A stretch of 60,922 nucleotides of DNA, taken from NCBI GenBank assembly GCA_034003985.1, contig JAVEXP010000004.1, forward strand, positions 1 through 60,922, in the 5' to 3' direction. A model generated the notes under the pieces. That model did no database searches. It was given only the letters and a program-made list of their open reading frames with translations, and was not told the DNA's origin. Source of the DNA: Patescibacteria group bacterium (GTDB lineage: Bacteria; Patescibacteriota; Patescibacteriia; Buchananbacterales; UBA6539). Made by a program: the position numbers and the translations under genes. Below, in pieces: positions 1 through 9,431 of the stretch; the first letter of the stretch is position 1; the number at the start of each line of letters is the position of its first letter.

Positions 1-2081
1 CGGCCAATTGGTGATTGATCAATAGCAATCACCTTATCAATATGTTCAATCCCCTTAATCTCTTTGTGTTTGCCCGGCAAATCTTTAGCTCGATAGAATT
101 TTTTGGCCAATGCCTTAACCAAAATTTCCAGCATTAAAGTGGATTTACCCGAACCGGACACTCCCGTCAAACAAATGAATTTACCCAAAGGAATTTTGAC
201 ATCAACATTCTTTAAATTGAATTCTGATGCCCCCAACACCTCCAAATATTTGCCGTTGCCTTTGCGATAAGTTTTGGGAGCAACAATCATTTCTTTGCCC
301 GAAAGATATTTCCCGGTCAAAGAATTTTTGTCTTTCTTAATTTCCACAGGCGTTCCCTGAGCTACCACCCGGCCACCGTTTTCTCCGGCTCCCGGACCGA
401 TATCAATAATTTCGTCCGCCGCTTCCATCGTCATTGAATCGTGTTCAACCACGATTACCGTATTGCCCAAATCACGCAAATTTTTTAAGGTGTCAATCAA
501 GCGCTGATTGTCTTTCTGGTGAAGGCCGATTGACGGTTCATCCAAGATATAAACCACACCGGTCAACGATAATCCCAACTGAGTAGCCAATCTGATACGC
601 TGGGCTTCACCGCCCGAAAGCGTCGCCGACGGCCGATCCAAAGTCAGATAACTTAAACCAACATCATTCAAATATTGAAGGTGGCTGATAATCTCCTTGA
701 TCGCCTGATCAGCGATTTTATGATCCCGGGCGTCCAAACCCAGTTCACCGGTTTTGCTGGATAATAACGACTTGAAGAAATCCAAAGCCTTTTCCAGAGT
801 CAACAAAGTAACAGCTGAAATATTTTGACCGCCAACGGTGACAGCCAAAAATTCACTCTTTAAACGCTTGCCCTGACAATATGGGCAGGTAAATACCCGC
901 ATATATTGCTCAATTTCCTGGCGCAGATAGTCGGAAGTGGTGTGTTGATGTTTTTCTTCAAGAATTTCTAACACCCCATTAAATTTCATTTTCTGACCGT
1001 CAATTAAATACTCCTTGCTTCCACTGCCATGCAAAATCAAATCCAAGGCTTTTTTGTTTAGCATCTCAATTGGCGTATCAAGCGAAAATTTATTTTCACT
1101 AGCCACGGCCTTCAGCAACTGCCAATAATTATTTTGATTGGAAAAATTTCTAGCCCAGGGTTTAATCGCTCCCTGGCTTAAAGTCAATCGTTTGTTGGGA
1201 ATAACTAAATCGGCATCCACTTCCAATCTGGTGCCGATTCCCAGGCATTTTGAGCAAGCGCCGGCTGGAGAATTGAAAGAAAAATTTCTTGGCTCCAAAT
1301 CGGGCAAAGTAAAACCGCAATCGCGACAAATATAATGTTGGGAATAAAGATTTTTTTTGCTGTTGATTAAAACCGAAATCTGACCGTCGCCCAAGTCCAG
1401 CGCCAATTCAATTGCCCGCGACAACTCTTCTTTAAATAAATCTTTTTCGCTGTCGGCATACTCCAAATCTTCAACAACAATTTCGGCCTGTTCCAATCCA
1501 GCCAAAGTTACTTGGTCAAGCAGTTTAATCTGTTCACCGACACTAACTCGGCTGAACCCGGACTTTTTAATTTCATCAAGCGTCCGGCCTCGAACCACCT
1601 GACCATTTACCACCACTGGTGCCAAAATTAACACCGGTTGCTTGTCTTTTGCCTTAGCTAAAACATCGGCAATAATTTGCGTCGGCGTCTGGCGTTTAAG
1701 TTCACGCTGACAATTCGGACAATGAACATGGCCGATCCTTGAAAAAAGTAACCGCAAATAATCATATATTTCGGTTACTGTGCCAACAGTTGAACGGGGA
1801 TTGACTGATGCCGAGCGCTGGTCAATGGAAATCGCCGGCGACAAACCTTCAATTGAATCAACTTCCGGCTTGTCCATCAAACCCAAAAATTGTCTGGCAT
1901 AGGTAGACAATGATTCAACATAACGGCGCTGACCCTCGGCGTAAATTGTATCAAAAGCTAAAGAAGATTTACCCGAACCCGAAATTCCCGTTAGTACCAC
2001 TAGCTTCTCACGAGGAATTTCTACATCAATATTTTTCAAATTATGAACTCTGGCTCCCTTGATCGTGATCTTTTTGAACAT
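1..2081 (-). CDS. uvrA: Excinuclease ABC subunit A (UvrA). About 693 N-terminal codons are present and the C-terminus runs off the window
   Basis: Absent from the ORF track because it is open at the window edge. My minus-strand translation from ATG 2081..2079 gives [54 protein letters not shown]. Further in I read the LSGGEAQ signature (about 610-660) and a second Walker [11 protein letters not shown] (about 125-175). Confidence 0.9.
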   Translation of the reverse strand, partial: MFKKITIKGARVHNLKNIDVEIPREKLVVLTGISGSGKSSLAFDTIYAEGQRRYVESLSTYARQFLGLMDKPEVDSIEGLSPAISIDQRSASVNPRSTVGTVTEIYDYLRLLFSRIGHVHCPNCQRELKRQTPTQIIADVLAKAKDKQPVLILAPVVVNGQVVRGRTLDEIKKSGFSRVSVGEQIKLLDQVTLAGLEQAEIVVEDLEYADSEKDLFKEELSRAIELALDLGDGQISVLINSKKNLYSQHYICRDCGFTLPDLEPRNFSFNSPAGACSKCLGIGTRLEVDADLVIPNKRLTLSQGAIKPWARNFSNQNNYWQLLKAVASENKFSLDTPIEMLNKKALDLILHGSGSKEYLIDGQKMKFNGVLEILEEKHQHTTSDYLRQEIEQYMRVFTCPYCQGKRLKSEFLAVTVGGQNISAVTLLTLEKALDFFKSLLSSKTGELGLDARDHKIADQAIKEIISHLQYLNDVGLSYLTLDRPSATLSGGEAQRIRLATQLGLSLTGVVYILDEPSIGLHQKDNQRLIDTLKNLRDLGNTVIVVEHDSMTMEAADEIIDIGPGAGENGGRVVAQGTPVEIKKDKNSLTGKYLSGKEMIVAPKTYRKGNGKYLEVLGASEFNLKNVDVKIPLGKFICLTGVSGSGKSTLMLEILVKALAKKFYRAKDLPGKHKEIKGIEHIDKVIAIDQSPIG

Positions 2082-2142
2082 AGCTTCTCCTATTTTGCAT
2101 CTCCATCAAAACCAATCATTGCCAAATTAAACCGCGAGACAC

Positions 2143-2188
2143 AAAAAAACAAGTATAAACTTTAAACTAAAGATACAGTTTACACTTG
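2143..2188 (-). terminator. Intrinsic terminator after the pilin-3D gene
   Basis: The minus strand reads caagtgtaaact-N15-agtttatacttg followed by ttttttt. It lies 30 nt downstream of the stop codon at 2219. Confidence 0.5.
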
Positions 2189-2218
2189 TTTAGTATTTAT
2201 GTCAAATCTATTAAGAAA

Positions 2219-3253
2219 TTAATACATTCGACCCGGTGATCCGGAAGGTGGTAGCGGAACATCTTCCAACTCGATGGTGCAAGGCCCAGCTGTCACTCGG
2301 GCGTTGGTATCACGAAATCTAAGCGCCTCCGGATAATCATCAAACCATAAATCAAAGTGAGTGCCGGTAATCCAACCGCCTCGATCAGTAACGGTGTAAG
2401 TTTTATTATTAATACACAACTTGGTACCAAAAGCAAAGCAGGGATCGGCCGCTATGGTTCCTTCTATTGGCTGTGAACCATTGGCTGTCCTATTACAATA
2501 TTCGGTTGTTGCAGCATCAAACGAGTTGCAAGGAGCCCAGGTTGAACTGCCACTGCCACATGACTTGGTACCTGATCTTCCGGATGGACAACTACAATTC
2601 AAACCAACCGCGCAAAGAAAGGCTGTCTCATTTCCCGGAAAATTTTCCGGCTTCGGTTTACTGTAAGCAGTTAATTCAGCCCTTACGCCATTGGCTAATT
2701 CTTCGTCCGATGGACACCCGCCGCCAACACTGCGTTCCGCCGCCAACCGATTAGCCGCTTGAATAGTTACAGCATCAGGAAAATAAACTTTAATCGGATT
2801 TAATTTAACCAACTCCGGATTAATCCCCTGCAAGATAATAAATGAGAATAAAGCCAGCAGCACGCCGGAAAAAGCGCTGATGATAAATTCCTTGGCTTTG
2901 CCGACTCGGTCGGGGCTGCCGCCCGACATCAGCCACAAAAAACCACCGGCCATAATCATTACCACCGCCAAGGTGACGGCCAGACCCACACCGTAGCGGT
3001 ATAAAGCGCTAATGTATTCGCCAATCCAAGGAATTTCACACTCGTCGCCAGCGGCACAATTAATTGAAGATAAAGGAACCTGATAATCACCTAATTTAAT
3101 AACCACCTCGGGTAGCAATCCGGCAGTTGGATCACCAGGTGTAGTAGAAGCATTTTGGCCTTGAGCCAAACCAGCCGCCGGATCAAACCAAAAACCGACC
3201 AATAAAACCATTGACATCAATACTAAAAGTTTATTGTTACTTTTAAAAATCAT
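2219..3253 (-). CDS. Membrane protein: N-terminal signal/TM, a TrbC/VirB2-like two-helix pilin hairpin, and a Cys-rich C-terminal 3D domain (MltA/YocH-type)
   Basis: 344-aa ORF. It contains two hydrophobic helices joined by the loop SGGSPDRVGKAKE. The C-terminus has TAYS...GTIAADPCFAFGTKL...VTDRGGWITGTHFDLWF, which matches the three-Asp 3D-domain pattern, and carries many Cys. Confidence 0.6.
   Translation of the reverse strand: MIFKSNNKLLVLMSMVLLVGFWFDPAAGLAQGQNASTTPGDPTAGLLPEVVIKLGDYQVPLSSINCAAGDECEIPWIGEYISALYRYGVGLAVTLAVVMIMAGGFLWLMSGGSPDRVGKAKEFIISAFSGVLLALFSFIILQGINPELVKLNPIKVYFPDAVTIQAANRLAAERSVGGGCPSDEELANGVRAELTAYSKPKPENFPGNETAFLCAVGLNCSCPSGRSGTKSCGSGSSTWAPCNSFDAATTEYCNRTANGSQPIEGTIAADPCFAFGTKLCINNKTYTVTDRGGWITGTHFDLWFDDYPEALRFRDTNARVTAGPCTIELEDVPLPPSGSPGRMY
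2804..3019. repeat. 216-bp perfect direct repeat, copy A (inside the pilin-3D gene)
   Basis: I compared it base by base with 3689..3904 and found them identical. The sequences diverge completely immediately outside these limits. Confidence 0.95.
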
Positions 3254-3289
3254 AGCTTATCTAAAAAAATTTAATTAAAAACAGCTAGA

Positions 3290-4099
3290 CTAATTATTAA
3301 ATGTTGGCACAATATGTATCCCGTTGTTCAAAATATTATCAACATAATCCTGTCCACCCTGACCTACCGAATCCCATCGAAAATGATATTCGCCAGCCAT
3401 CAAATCAAAAAAATGAGAAAGTTTATCCTGATCATTGGGATCTAAATCAGGCCAATTGACATACCAACCGCCGTTGCCATCAGTTCTGAAAGTTACACCA
3501 TCCTGATGAAAATTGAAATTATTACTGGCGATATTAATCATAAATTCATCCCTCTCCCCGCCAGTAATTGCTGCATCATTCATTAGCCAAGTTGCTACTG
3601 CCGTACTTTCCCGGTCATCGCCTGCGACCAATGGCCCGGAAGAAGATATGTCCGGATTATTAGGAGTCAAAATATTCAAAGTTGCCAGTTTAACCAACTC
3701 CGGATTAATCCCCTGCAAGATAATAAATGAGAATAAAGCCAGCAGCACGCCGGAAAAAGCGCTGATGATAAATTCCTTGGCTTTGCCGACTCGGTCGGGG
3801 CTGCCGCCCGACATCAGCCACAAAAAACCACCGGCCATAATCATTACCACCGCCAAGGTGACGGCCAGACCCACACCGTAGCGGTATAAAGCGCTAATGT
3901 ATTCACTCAGCCAGCTAATATCAATATGGTCTTCACTTTGACTATAACCGCCGCCGTCATTCCAGCCCGACAAACCGCCAAAGTCAACATAGATTTTTGG
4001 CGCCAAGGGATTTTCCTCAGCCCTGAGTGGCGTGGCCATTATCACCAAAGATAACGCCAGCATCATTGCCGACCATAATATTTTTCTACGGTAACTCAT
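3290..4099 (-). CDS. Paralogous membrane protein with the same TrbC/VirB2-like pilin hairpin and an unrelated C-terminal domain
   Basis: 269-aa ORF with an N-terminal signal/TM (ILWSAMMLALSLVIMATPLRA). It shares the identical 72-aa segment EYISALYRYGVGLAVT...ILQGINPELVKL with 2219..3253. I do not recognise the C-terminal 130 aa. Confidence 0.6.
   Translation of the reverse strand: MSYRRKILWSAMMLALSLVIMATPLRAEENPLAPKIYVDFGGLSGWNDGGGYSQSEDHIDISWLSEYISALYRYGVGLAVTLAVVMIMAGGFLWLMSGGSPDRVGKAKEFIISAFSGVLLALFSFIILQGINPELVKLATLNILTPNNPDISSSGPLVAGDDRESTAVATWLMNDAAITGGERDEFMINIASNNFNFHQDGVTFRTDGNGGWYVNWPDLDPNDQDKLSHFFDLMAGEYHFRWDSVGQGGQDYVDNILNNGIHIVPTFNN
3689..3904. repeat. 216-bp perfect direct repeat, copy B
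   Basis: Identical to 2804..3019 and in the same orientation. Confidence 0.95.
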
Positions 4100-4102
4100 A
4101 GA

Positions 4103-4855
4103 TTAACGCCCCAATTCGGCTTGAATGATTGACTCTAAAGAAGTATAAGGAATTACGCCGCGGATTAATTGGCCGTTGACAAAAAAAGTCGGCGTCGCCC
4201 TGACCCCGGCGTTATACCCTTCATTCAAATCCTGTTCGATTTCATCAAGATATTTGCCGCTAGTTAGACAGTTATTAAACTGCATGCTGTTTAAGCCAAG
4301 CTGCAAGGCGTAACGCTTTAAAGCTTCCTCCGTAATGTCGGCCTGATTGGCAAAAATTTTATCATGCATTCCCCAAAAGGCTCCTTGCTCATGGGCACAC
4401 TCGCCCCCCATCGCCGCCAACAGTGCCTGGGGATGAATATCAGTCAAAGGAAAATCCCGAAAATAAACCAGCACTAATCCGCCATAATCTTTCTTTAATT
4501 TATTCAGCACCTCGTAGGTTTGATAACAATAAGGGCATTGGAAATCGGAAAATTCAACAATGACCACTTTGGCATCTTTGGGACCAAAGCTGGGGTCATC
4601 GGCCGTGGCCATGGTCGGTAAATCGTTTCTGACGACTGTTTCTTTTTGGGTGCCAAACAAATCTTCATTGGTAAACTGACCGCTTTGCAACAAGAACGCC
4701 AATTTAAAAATGTAAATTAAAATGGCCACCAATATTATCAAAAAAATAGTCAGGACTAGCATTATCAATCGGCCCCACCAAGTTGCCAACCATGATTTTT
4801 TTGGCTTATTGTCCGCTGACGGCGGCACAATAAATGAATCGTTTTGACTATACAT
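4103..4855 (-). CDS. Membrane-anchored DsbA-family thiol:disulfide oxidoreductase
   Basis: 250 aa with an N-terminal TM (LIMLVLTIFLIILVAILIYIF), a thioredoxin-fold CPYC active site, and a TPTFFVNG motif near the C-terminus. Confidence 0.8.
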   Translation of the reverse strand: MYSQNDSFIVPPSADNKPKKSWLATWWGRLIMLVLTIFLIILVAILIYIFKLAFLLQSGQFTNEDLFGTQKETVVRNDLPTMATADDPSFGPKDAKVVIVEFSDFQCPYCYQTYEVLNKLKKDYGGLVLVYFRDFPLTDIHPQALLAAMGGECAHEQGAFWGMHDKIFANQADITEEALKRYALQLGLNSMQFNNCLTSGKYLDEIEQDLNEGYNAGVRATPTFFVNGQLIRGVIPYTSLESIIQAELGR

Positions 4856-5058
4856 AACTTTAATATTATTATATCATAAATTAAGGAACAACTAAAAATA
4901 GTCCTTATGTCAAATCAACGACTAACCCCCGAAGAGCTTGAAGACAGATACCATAAAACCAACCAACACCGGGGCAAAAAAATGAAAATTTCAGGAAAAA
5001 ATGTGATTAAACTCCGAGATATCATCAGTCAAAAAAGCCATTCACAAACCAAAGCCAG

Positions 5059-5087
5059 TTGACAAGATGATATAATACTGCTAGAAT
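5059..5087 (+). promoter_or_regulatory. Sigma70-like promoter for secG
   Basis: TTGACA (5059-5064), a 17-nt spacer, then TAGAAT (5082-5087). The -10 box ends only 8-14 nt before the candidate start codons. Confidence 0.45.
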
Positions 5088-5094
5088 TTAACCG

Positions 5095-5310
5095 TTGAAT
5101 ATGATTATTGATATCATCCAAATTATCACCGCTATCCTTTTGATAACGGTCATCCTGATTCAAAATAAAGGCACCGGTCTAGGTGCTGCTTTTGGTGGCG
5201 AAAGCAATGTTTACCGGTCAAAACGCGGCGCCGAAAAAGGACTGTTTATTTTAACTATCATTCTCTCCATAGTCTTCTTAGTTACCGCCTTAGCCAACGC
5301 CTTACTTTAA
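5095..5310 (+). CDS. secG: Preprotein translocase subunit SecG
   Basis: 71 aa with two TM helices and the typical LIQNKGTGLGAAFGG loop. The start may be ATG 5101 rather than TTG 5095. Confidence 0.8.
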   Translation: MNMIIDIIQIITAILLITVILIQNKGTGLGAAFGGESNVYRSKRGAEKGLFILTIILSIVFLVTALANALL

Positions 5311-5352
5311 CATAACACTCCTCTTATTAAAGATTATAATTCAAGCAATTTT

Positions 5353-7386
5353 GTGTTGACCAAATTGCCATCACTGCTCAAACGAGCTGGTAAGTACCGC
5401 CAAAACCAAAACCAAGACCAACCAGATCAAATGCCCAATGACTGGCCTCAAAAGAGACCAGCTGATTTTATTAAACAAAAAGAGTTGGATAAAAAACTGT
5501 TTTTCTCTCTAAATGGCAAAAAAGTGCCAACCCTCAAACAATTCAAATATCTGAATCGGGTACTGAACCGAAATCAAAAACTGACCATCGGCGGCTTGAG
5601 TCTGCTGATTCTGGCTTGTCTAATATCTATCGGTATAATTTTTTACACCAATAACTTTATCACCATACCAACAGTCGGCGGTGAATATACCGAGGGATTG
5701 GTTGGCGCGCCGCAATACATCAACCCTTTACTATCCCAGACCAATGATGTTGATGCCGATATTGCCCGCTTGGTTTTTGCCGGCTTGTTGCGCTATGACC
5801 AGAACTTGCAATTGGTACCCGATCTGGCCAGCGCTTGGGAAATTAGCGAGGACCAAAAAATTTATACTTTTACTCTAAAACCAAATTTAAAATGGCACGA
5901 CGGCCAACCTTTGACCGCCGATGATATAATTTTTACTTTCAGCAGCATCAAGGATCCTGACTTCAAAAGCCCCTTGCTCATCAGTTTTCGCGGAGTTGAG
6001 ATCAAAAAAGTCAATGATTCTACCATTCAGTTTATTTTACCCGAAGCTTTTCCGTCGTTTTTGGAAGTTTTGACTTTTGGCATCCTACCCGAACATATTT
6101 GGAGCGATATTCCGCCAATCAACGCCAATTTAACCGAATTCAACCTTAAACCAATCGGCAGCGGGCCCTGGAAATTCAAATCCTTGGCCAAAGACAAGCT
6201 CGGCAATATCAAATCTTACACCTTGATTCCCAATCCTGACTACCACGGCCCCAAGCCTTATCTGAAACAGCTAACTTTTAAATTCTATCCTGATTTCATC
6301 ACCGCCAGCGCCGCTTTAAAAAATCATTCCGTTGACGGTATCAGTTTTTTGCCCAAAGATTTGAAACCAGAAATCAACGGTTTAAAATCAGTTAAACTTT
6401 ATTCATTGTATCTGCCTCAGTATACCGCTATGTTCTTTAACCAAAAACAAAACGAAAATCTTAAAGAAAAAACTCTTCGGCAAGCTTTGGCTCACAGTAT
6501 TGACAAGTCAAAAATACTGTCTGAAGCCCTTCAACTTGAAGGTGAAATCATCAACGGACCGCTTTTACCAGTAACCCTATCTGACGATGAAGAAAAAAAG
6601 ATGAACTTTGACCCGGCCAAAGCCGAAGAATTAATTGGTCAATTGGGCTGGAAAAAAATCAACGCTCAAGATTATCTTGATTATCTTAAAGCCCAAACCG
6701 AAGCCGAAAATTCCGAGTCCGACTCAACCGACACTGACCAAGAATCAACTCAAACGGATACAAATGATTCAACCGTCGCCACCACTTCAACTGCCGAAAC
6801 TCTTGAAACTGAAACAACAAACGAACCAACATTAGAATTCTACTGGAAAAAAGATGATAAAATTTTGGAGCTGACCGTGACCACCGTCAACCAGCCCGAA
6901 AATGTCAAAGCCGCCGGCCTGATCAAAAAATTATGGGAAAATATTGGCATTAAGGTTAACCTTAACATTGTTGAAAGCGGCAAAATCAGCCGCGAAATAA
7001 TCAAACCTCGTAATTACGAGATATTGCTGTTTGGTATTATCGTCGGATCCAATCCCGATCCTTACCCTTTTTGGCATTCTTCCCAGATTCAAGATCCTGG
7101 ACTTAATTTGGCCCAGTTTGCCAACCGCGAAGCCGATAAGCTGCTGGAAGAGGCCAAAGCCACGGCCGATCCCGAAGTTCAACAGCAAAAATATCAGCGC
7201 TTTCAAGAAATTTTGGCGGCCGAACTACCAGCCATTTTCCTATACAATCCAACTTACACCTATGTTGTCGATAAAAAAATCAAGGGCAACTTGATCGATC
7301 GGATTATCACTCCCGCCGACCGATTTAACGACCTTGAAGAGTGGTATGTCAAAACCAAACGCCAATTGAAAACCGCCGTTAATTGA
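5353..7386 (+). CDS. ABC-transporter substrate-binding protein, family 5 (peptide/nickel type), TM-anchored
   Basis: 677 aa with an N-terminal anchor helix. SBP_bac_5-like motifs are present (TFTLKPNLKWHDGQPLTADDIIFT, LIPNPDYHGPKPYL). There is an internal acidic S/T-rich low-complexity insert. No permease or ATPase genes are adjacent. Confidence 0.75.
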   Translation: MLTKLPSLLKRAGKYRQNQNQDQPDQMPNDWPQKRPADFIKQKELDKKLFFSLNGKKVPTLKQFKYLNRVLNRNQKLTIGGLSLLILACLISIGIIFYTNNFITIPTVGGEYTEGLVGAPQYINPLLSQTNDVDADIARLVFAGLLRYDQNLQLVPDLASAWEISEDQKIYTFTLKPNLKWHDGQPLTADDIIFTFSSIKDPDFKSPLLISFRGVEIKKVNDSTIQFILPEAFPSFLEVLTFGILPEHIWSDIPPINANLTEFNLKPIGSGPWKFKSLAKDKLGNIKSYTLIPNPDYHGPKPYLKQLTFKFYPDFITASAALKNHSVDGISFLPKDLKPEINGLKSVKLYSLYLPQYTAMFFNQKQNENLKEKTLRQALAHSIDKSKILSEALQLEGEIINGPLLPVTLSDDEEKKMNFDPAKAEELIGQLGWKKINAQDYLDYLKAQTEAENSESDSTDTDQESTQTDTNDSTVATTSTAETLETETTNEPTLEFYWKKDDKILELTVTTVNQPENVKAAGLIKKLWENIGIKVNLNIVESGKISREIIKPRNYEILLFGIIVGSNPDPYPFWHSSQIQDPGLNLAQFANREADKLLEEAKATADPEVQQQKYQRFQEILAAELPAIFLYNPTYTYVVDKKIKGNLIDRIITPADRFNDLEEWYVKTKRQLKTAVN

Positions 7387-7494
7387 CAAGATATTCTCAT
7401 TTAAATAACTTCTGTTAGGGCTTACGCCTTAACTAACTTGCGACGATAAATTATCGACTTGCCTCTTCGGCAAGTCTGCTCGCCAAAGCTTAGT

Positions 7495-7578
7495 GCCGAT
7501 GTGGTGGAATTGGTAGACACGTACGGTTCAGAGCCGTATCCTCTTTTGAGGGTGTGGGTTCGAGTCCCACCATCGGCA
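7495..7578 (+). tRNA. tRNA-Leu (anticodon CAG), class II with a long variable arm; CCA is not encoded
   Basis: Hand-folded cloverleaf. Acceptor stem GCCGATG/CATCGGC. D-arm GTG-AATTGGTAGA-CAC. Anticodon stem TACGG/CCGTA with loop TTCAGAG. Variable arm CCTC-TTTT-GAGG. T-arm GTGGG-TTCGAGT-CCCAC. Discriminator base A. Confidence 0.9.
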
Positions 7579-7655
7579 TTGAGCTCTGGCGAGCAGTTAA
7601 GCGGCTCCCTAGCCGTTAGACTCTCATTTACTCGTTCGCGGTAGCGAATAAAAAT

Positions 7656-9428
7656 ATGAACACCAAAAAGAAGGTTTGGAAAAACGCCAAACCAAAAACC
7701 GCCGATTTGAAATCCAAACCGGCCAAACCCTCCGAATCAAAACCTAAGTTCGACAAAGCGACCCAAACTAAATTAAAAATTTATGCCTTGGGCGGTCTGG
7801 AAGAAGTCGGGCGCAACATGACGGTTTTTGAATATGGCTCCGATATTGTCATCGTGGACATGGGCAACCAATTCCCGGAAGAAGACATGCATGGCATCGA
7901 CTACATCATCCCGAATATTTCCGGACTCAAAGGTAAGGAAAAAAACATTCGGGGGGTAATCATTACCCATGGCCACTTGGATCATATTGGCGCCGCCCCC
8001 CATCTTCTGCCCAAACTGGGCAATCCTTTAGTTTTGGCCGCTCCAATGACCGCCGCAATCTTAAAAAGGCTGATTGAAGACAAGGAACAAAAATTCACTC
8101 CCAAAATTCTGGAAATTAAAGATATTAAAGTCCCGGTTAAACTCGGCAAATTCACCATTAATTTTTTCCAGGTCACTCACAGTATCAAAGACGCGGTGGG
8201 AGTAATTATCCAAACACCAGTGGCCAATGTGGTCCATCCCGGAGACTGGCGTTATGATCTTGATCCAGTTGAAGGACCAATCACCGATATGAAACATCTT
8301 GCCAAATGGAATCACAAAAATCGACCGCTGGTTTTAATGATGGAAAGTCTGGGTTCGACCCAAGAAGGCTTTCAGGGATCGGAAATGGAAGTTTACAAAA
8401 ATATGGAAAACATCATCAAAGCTGCTCCAGGTCGGGTAATCTTTGGAACTTTTTCTTCCATGATTGAACGAATTGGCCAAATTATCCAGATTGCCGAAAA
8501 GCAAGGTAAAAAAGTGGCGGTTGACGGCTACAGTATGAAAACCAATGTTGAAATCGGCAAACAATTCGGTTTTATTAAAACCGGCAAACATACAATGATT
8601 GACATCTCCAAAATCGACGACTATCCCAAAAACAAGGTGGTGGTTATCTGCACCGGTTCCCAAGGTGAAGGCCGCGCCGTCTTGCGGCGGATTGCCAACG
8701 GCGATCATCGCTATGTCAAAATTGAATCCGGCGACACCGTGGTTTTTTCTTCCTCGGTTATCCCCGGCAACGAACGCACCATTCAGACGCTTAAAGACAG
8801 CCTTTATCGCCAGGGAGCCAATGTTATCCATAAAGAAATTATGGACATTCACGCCGGCGGCCATGGCAAAATTGAAGATATTAAATTGCTGCTCCAAGAG
8901 GTAAAACCCAATTATCTAATCCCCGTTTACGCCAATCACTACCTGCTGCGCGAAGCCGCCAAGGTGGCCGAAAGCACTGGTTTTCCCAAAAGTAAAATTT
9001 TTGTCGCCGACAACGGCCAAATTATTGAATTCGACAAAAAGGGCGGCCGCCTGACCAAAGAAAAAGTGCCGACCGAATATGTTTTTGTCGACGGCCTGGG
9101 AGTCGGCGATGTTTCCCATGTTGTTTTGCGCGACCGCCAGGTGATGGCGGCTGACGGAATGATTGTAGTTATCGTCACTATCGACAAACACAAAGGTACC
9201 TTGGTTCAAAATCCCGATTTGATTTCCCGGGGATTCATTTACATGAAAGAAAATAAAAAAATCATTGAAGAAACCCGCCTCAAAGCGCGCAAGATATTCA
9301 AGGGCAGCCTCAAAGGCGGCATTGATGAAAATTATTTTAAAGATAAGATCCGCAACGAGATCGGCCAATTCCTTTACCAAAAAACCAAACGCCGACCCAT
9401 GGTTCTGCCGGTTATTATTCAAGTTTAA
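7656..9428 (+). CDS. rnj: Ribonuclease J
   Basis: 590 aa with a metallo-beta-lactamase HGHLDHIG motif and beta-CASP/RNase J architecture. It has a Lys-rich N-terminal extension. Confidence 0.9.
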   Translation: MNTKKKVWKNAKPKTADLKSKPAKPSESKPKFDKATQTKLKIYALGGLEEVGRNMTVFEYGSDIVIVDMGNQFPEEDMHGIDYIIPNISGLKGKEKNIRGVIITHGHLDHIGAAPHLLPKLGNPLVLAAPMTAAILKRLIEDKEQKFTPKILEIKDIKVPVKLGKFTINFFQVTHSIKDAVGVIIQTPVANVVHPGDWRYDLDPVEGPITDMKHLAKWNHKNRPLVLMMESLGSTQEGFQGSEMEVYKNMENIIKAAPGRVIFGTFSSMIERIGQIIQIAEKQGKKVAVDGYSMKTNVEIGKQFGFIKTGKHTMIDISKIDDYPKNKVVVICTGSQGEGRAVLRRIANGDHRYVKIESGDTVVFSSSVIPGNERTIQTLKDSLYRQGANVIHKEIMDIHAGGHGKIEDIKLLLQEVKPNYLIPVYANHYLLREAAKVAESTGFPKSKIFVADNGQIIEFDKKGGRLTKEKVPTEYVFVDGLGVGDVSHVVLRDRQVMAADGMIVVIVTIDKHKGTLVQNPDLISRGFIYMKENKKIIEETRLKARKIFKGSLKGGIDENYFKDKIRNEIGQFLYQKTKRRPMVLPVIIQV

Positions 9429-9431
9429 AAT

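Noticed and set aside
4907-5062. A 51-codon ORF (MSNQRLTPEELEDRYHKTNQHRGKKMKISGKNVIKLRDIISQKSHSQTKAS) between dsbA and secG.
   Set aside because: It has no SD at a sensible distance, no recognisable family, and its stop codon lies inside the secG -35 box. I could not support it as a gene.
7459-7644. A 61-aa ORF in the ORF track.
   Set aside because: It is read straight through the tRNA-Leu gene and its processing helix, so it is not coding.
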